Assembly (NCBI GenBank): GCA_030295235.1 | Contig: AP026124.1 | Span: 310,001-374,000 of the forward strand | Direction of reading: 5' to 3' | DNA from: Fistulifera solaris | Taxonomy: Eukaryota | Length of the DNA: 64,000 nucleotides | Shown here: piece after piece, positions 60,407 to 64,000 of the stretch | How positions within the stretch are numbered: position 1 is the stretch's first letter | Layout: every line of letters starts with the position of its first letter | Program-made: the position numbers and the translations under genes | The notes under the pieces: model-generated | Told to the model about the DNA's origin: nothing | Seen by the model: the letters and a program-made list of their open reading frames with translations, nothing else | The model's database searches: none

Positions 60407-61369
60407 TTACGGATGGCGTTCTATCGCGAGCTGACGTGCAAGTTCCATTTGCTGTCGTATGACACGACACTGATCTCGTCGGTATACTTGCATAGCACCC
60501 GGCTCCCACGTGTCCAGTCGACTAATCCGAGACTGATGCGAAGGATGTGTCGACAAAAACTCGGGTGGATTGCCTTTCCCGTGTCCAGTATCATTTTGCA
60601 TGGCTTGAAACACTCGTTTCGCGGCGCGAGGATCGTAGCAAGCACGTGCCGCTAGGTCGAGACCTATTTGGTCGGCTTCCGATTCTTGTGTCCGTGAGTG
60701 TGGCAAATCACGAAGTATCGTCGATGTGGGCATCAAAATGGCAAACAAAATTCCCGAAGGGTCAAGCAAGAGTGCCAATCGCGACAACAGGGACATGACG
60801 ACAGAACTGGAAATGCGCTCTCCCGCATGCCTAGCCAGAGTATGAGCGACTTCATGACCCAATACAGCCGCCAGATCATCTTCACTACGAACGTATTTGA
60901 ATAGTCCGGTCATGACAAACACGTGGTTACCCGGTAGTACAAATGCATTGGCAGTATCGGAGCGGACGATCGTGTAGGTAAATGGCTTGAAACTGTCTTG
61001 TAATTTGTATTCGCGAGAAAACTCTTGTGCCGCCCGGGCAATACGGGCTCCCACCCGATGCACGGTGATGGAGGCACGATGATTTGGAGGCAGTATATCT
61101 CTTTGAAAATGCTGGAGTAGTTTCCGGTGTTCCTCGTCACCCATTTCGTTTTCCCAAACGGCTGATGTCGCAATCCATCGGGATCGTTGGGTCAACGGCA
61201 CGGTATCCAGGAAGGAATAGTAGCAGTAGCTTCCTGCGAGGACAGTACTGGCAGCCGTGACCCAAATGTAGGGGGGCAACTGCTGCTTATTGTTATTCTT
61301 GTTTGTGTAGTAATACTGTGACGAAAGGTTGCGTCGAAGAATGCGAAAAGCGAACGGTCTGGAGAACAT
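60407..61369 (-). CDS. OMA1: Mitochondrial M48 metalloendopeptidase, OMA1-like
   Basis: Presequence; VP.T.R.R; NAFVLPG; LGHEVAH; HSR..E.EAD.IGL; EFLSTHP. Confidence 0.9.
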   Translation of the reverse strand: MFSRPFAFRILRRNLSSQYYYTNKNNNKQQLPPYIWVTAASTVLAGSYCYYSFLDTVPLTQRSRWIATSAVWENEMGDEEHRKLLQHFQRDILPPNHRASITVHRVGARIARAAQEFSREYKLQDSFKPFTYTIVRSDTANAFVLPGNHVFVMTGLFKYVRSEDDLAAVLGHEVAHTLARHAGERISSSVVMSLLSRLALLLDPSGILFAILMPTSTILRDLPHSRTQESEADQIGLDLAARACYDPRAAKRVFQAMQNDTGHGKGNPPEFLSTHPSHQSRISRLDTWEPGAMQVYRRDQCRVIRQQMELARQLAIERHP

Positions 61370-61975
61370 CTTGTTCTATGATCTGTTTTGTCGTTCGCGA
61401 AAGAATGGGTATGGCTTCTGTACTACCGATCCCTATTTTTCAGACTCTCTCTATGATTTGCCGAGCAGGTGACTACGAAGTTGTCTCGATGAGGTTCTGC
61501 GTCTTCCGTTCTATTGAAACGTGGGTTACCACTTGTGAATTGATTATTTTTTTCGTTGTTATCAGAAGGGAAGAAAGATGACGATGGATGCTACATGGAA
61601 TGAATAAAAGGGACGCAAGAAATGGGACGTGATTGAAATAATCATGTCCCTCCACCCCACCTCCAATAACCGTGCGTGACCCGTGACTATAATGATGAGT
61701 GCCGGTACGAAGAATAAATGAACGGGCAAAATCCCTTCAAAAGTACCAGGGTACTTTTGCAGGCAGAGAAATACTGCGACTGCTTGATGATGATTGGTGA
61801 TTGAGTGTCGATCAAGCAAGAGAATTCTGTGTGTGCTAAGCACACAGGGATGATACGATGATGTTGATGCGGGTACAAATTAAATACGGAGTAGAAGAGA
61901 ATCAGCTCTTTATCTAGCCCCTTTCAGTCGATTCAATTGCTTGTTTAAGTTACTACAGAAGGAATTTTAGCAGTA

Positions 61976-64000
61976 ATGACGTTGTGGTTCCTTAGCGGCA
62001 AAAGCGATTATCAAAATCGAGCTAATCCTCCGCTGAAGGATATTGTCAAGTTGCTGTACCCGAACAAATCTGCATCGCAGCCGCAAAGAGTGACAATCGC
62101 ACTCGCTTTTCACAATTATTACTGGAACACGGAGAAAAGTCTCTACAGGATTGGGCGGTAGTCGCCAAGTCCTCCCCAGTGTCGCTGTCGTCATTACAAT
62201 CTCCTTCCTCCGGTCCCACTCATTCGATACACTGGGCACAATCTACAACAAACGATGCACCGAAAAAGCAGTCGTCTCGTCGCAAAAAACAACAGGATAC
62301 ATCCAAAGATGCTAGTCCTACCGCTCATATGAATGCGTTGCCCGGTCGTTTGCATTTGTGTTCGAGATCACTGGTCTTTGAACCAAATTCGACTGCTTAC
62401 CCCATCGTTCGATGTCCCTTCAATAAACTACAAGAAGAACCGGCAGGTCGTGACAAAGTAGTAGAATGGATTGCGAAAAAGCATATTGCCATTCATTCGG
62501 TCATTGCTCCGTTTCAAACCGTCAATCATGCGGTGCATTTCCGCATCGAATTTTTGCACTCGTCGGTCGACACATTGTTGCAACACACGGGAGAATTGTA
62601 CGAAATATGCCAGAAACAAAGTCATCATCAACTAGCCCAATTGGAAGCAACGTCGCTTAAAGTACCACCGGTGATGGATCCTACCATGCTCCGCGTGAGA
62701 GAACAGTTGGTCACCAGTCCGGTGCCGTGTCAGTGGATGACCCCCTTGCAAAGCACGGATGGTGTTCTTCTTGTGACCAACGAACGATTCACTTTCCAGA
62801 GTTCCTTTGGTACTTCCTCATTTTGGTATCTCGATCAAGTCGCTGCTACAGCCAGGCGTTATTGTGGACTCCGTGATTGCGCGCTCGAAGTCTACTGGCA
62901 GAACGGCACATCAACATTGTTGGCGTTAGAGCGACGACACGAACGAGAACAAGTTTTGCGACATTTACATCAAGTGCCTTGCGTCACCAATCGAGAATTT
63001 GTATTTCAAGTATTGAAAGCGTGGCAGACGAAAGAAATTAGCAATTTTGAGTATTTGCTGGCGTTGAATTCGGCCGCGGGGAGGACGTTTCATGATTTGT
63101 CACGGTATCCTGTATTTCCGTGGGTCCTTCGTGACTTTACCAGCAGCAAATTAGACTTGACGAATCCCTCTGCTTATCGTGATATGACAAAGCCTATTGG
63201 TGCGTTGAACGAAGAACGACTCGAGTATTTTCGCAATCGCATGTTGGGAATGCACGACATGGGTGAAGACTTTCTATATGGGACTCATTATTCCGCTCCT
63301 GGATATGTGTTGTATTATCTGGTGCGGAGCATGCCCGAACACATGCTGTGCTTGCAGAATGGGAAATTTGACGCGCCGGATCGAATGTTTCATAGCATTG
63401 AGCAGTGTTATCAATGTGTACTAACGAACCACGCGGATGTCAAGGAGCTGATCCCTGAGTTTTATAGTCAAGACTTTGACTTTTTGATAAATGCACGAGG
63501 CCTACAACTGGGGGCTACGCAGAATGGTGATCATGTGAATGATGTGCAACTACCAACTTGGGCGCGGTCTGCTCGAGATTTCTTACGAAAACATCGCGAA
63601 GCCCTCGAGTCCGACATTTGCACAAAAATGCTACCGAAATGGATAGACCTGATCTTTGGGTACAAATCTAGAGGAGACGCGGCAAAGGAAGCTTCAAACC
63701 TATTTCATCATACTGCGTACCTTGGCCCACACGATCTGGCTGCAATGCAGTCGGCGAAAGACCGTTTCAAGCGGAGCTGCAGGCAACAGAGTTTGGCATT
63801 GTCCCGGATATGCTATTCATCGGCCCTCATCCAGCCCAAATTGACAAGTTTTCAGAAGAATGTGTCTCGCAAGATATTGGTCGCACTACGAGTCGAGAAG
63901 ACTCAAGTAGAGAGGCTTGGGAGCTCTTAGACCCTCCATCAAGTCACGATGATAGACATGCTGATGCGGTTCCTGATTTAGTTGTCGAATCACCAGAACA
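61976..64000 (+). CDS. FAN/NSMAF-like GRAM-PH-BEACH protein (3' end beyond the window)
   Basis: RFSQLLLEHGE (62104), GRLHLCSRSLVFEP, ISNFEYLL.LN..AGR...DLSRYPVFPW, YGTHYS, DVKELIPEF, WIDLIFGYK; frameshifts at about 62087 and 63765. Confidence 0.9.

Noticed and set aside
198..63844. Numerous short antisense or alternate-frame ORFs in the ORF track
   Set aside because: They are shadows of real genes or chance ORFs with no motifs, except those used to rebuild frameshifted genes.
640..64000. Frameshifts in many genes (UTP12, PTPA, dehydrogenase, TOP2, helicase, SOUL, MFS, ELP6, BEACH) as programmed frameshifting, RNA editing or mass pseudogenisation
   Set aside because: Most are 1-nt indels in or next to homopolymers (e.g. 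T5 for T6 at about 7940) in essential genes with intact motifs, which is typical of unpolished long-read assembly. Short-read mapping would settle it.

Overview
Compact, intron-containing eukaryotic DNA, most likely from a diatom or another photosynthetic stramenopile. That assignment is inferred from short GT-AG introns, bipartite signal+'A/G-F' plastid-targeting N-termini and the gene set. About 30 protein genes are visible: copine, UTP12/WDR3, PTPA, sarcosine/dimethylglycine dehydrogenase, a Cys-rich secreted repeat protein, an organelle-type topoisomerase II, M43 and M48 peptidases, a Gfo/Idh/MocA oxidoreductase, a DEAD-box helicase, an Asp/Asn beta-hydroxylase-like protein, HSF, a kinase, SOUL, YqgF, an SDR, TM9SF, tocopherol cyclase, TAF13/SPT3-like, MFS, ELP6, eIF4E and a FAN-like BEACH protein. 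Many genes carry 1-bp frameshifts, mostly at homopolymers, which look like long-read assembly errors. The most notable items are: (1) a cellular chymotrypsin-fold protein with His/Asp motifs and Cys in place of the catalytic Ser (GLCG), like viral 3C proteases; (2) a complete ~630-bp non-coding LTR element (TRIM) with an 18-nt tRNA-iMet-type primer site and GAAAC target duplication; (3) a transglutaminase-like Cys/His protein of possible bacterial origin; (4) a decayed copy of part of the sarcosine dehydrogenase gene showing repeated micro-tandem duplications; (5) recurrent intergenic TACC-A-GGTA palindromes and other small repeats. All calls were made by eye; no database searches were run.
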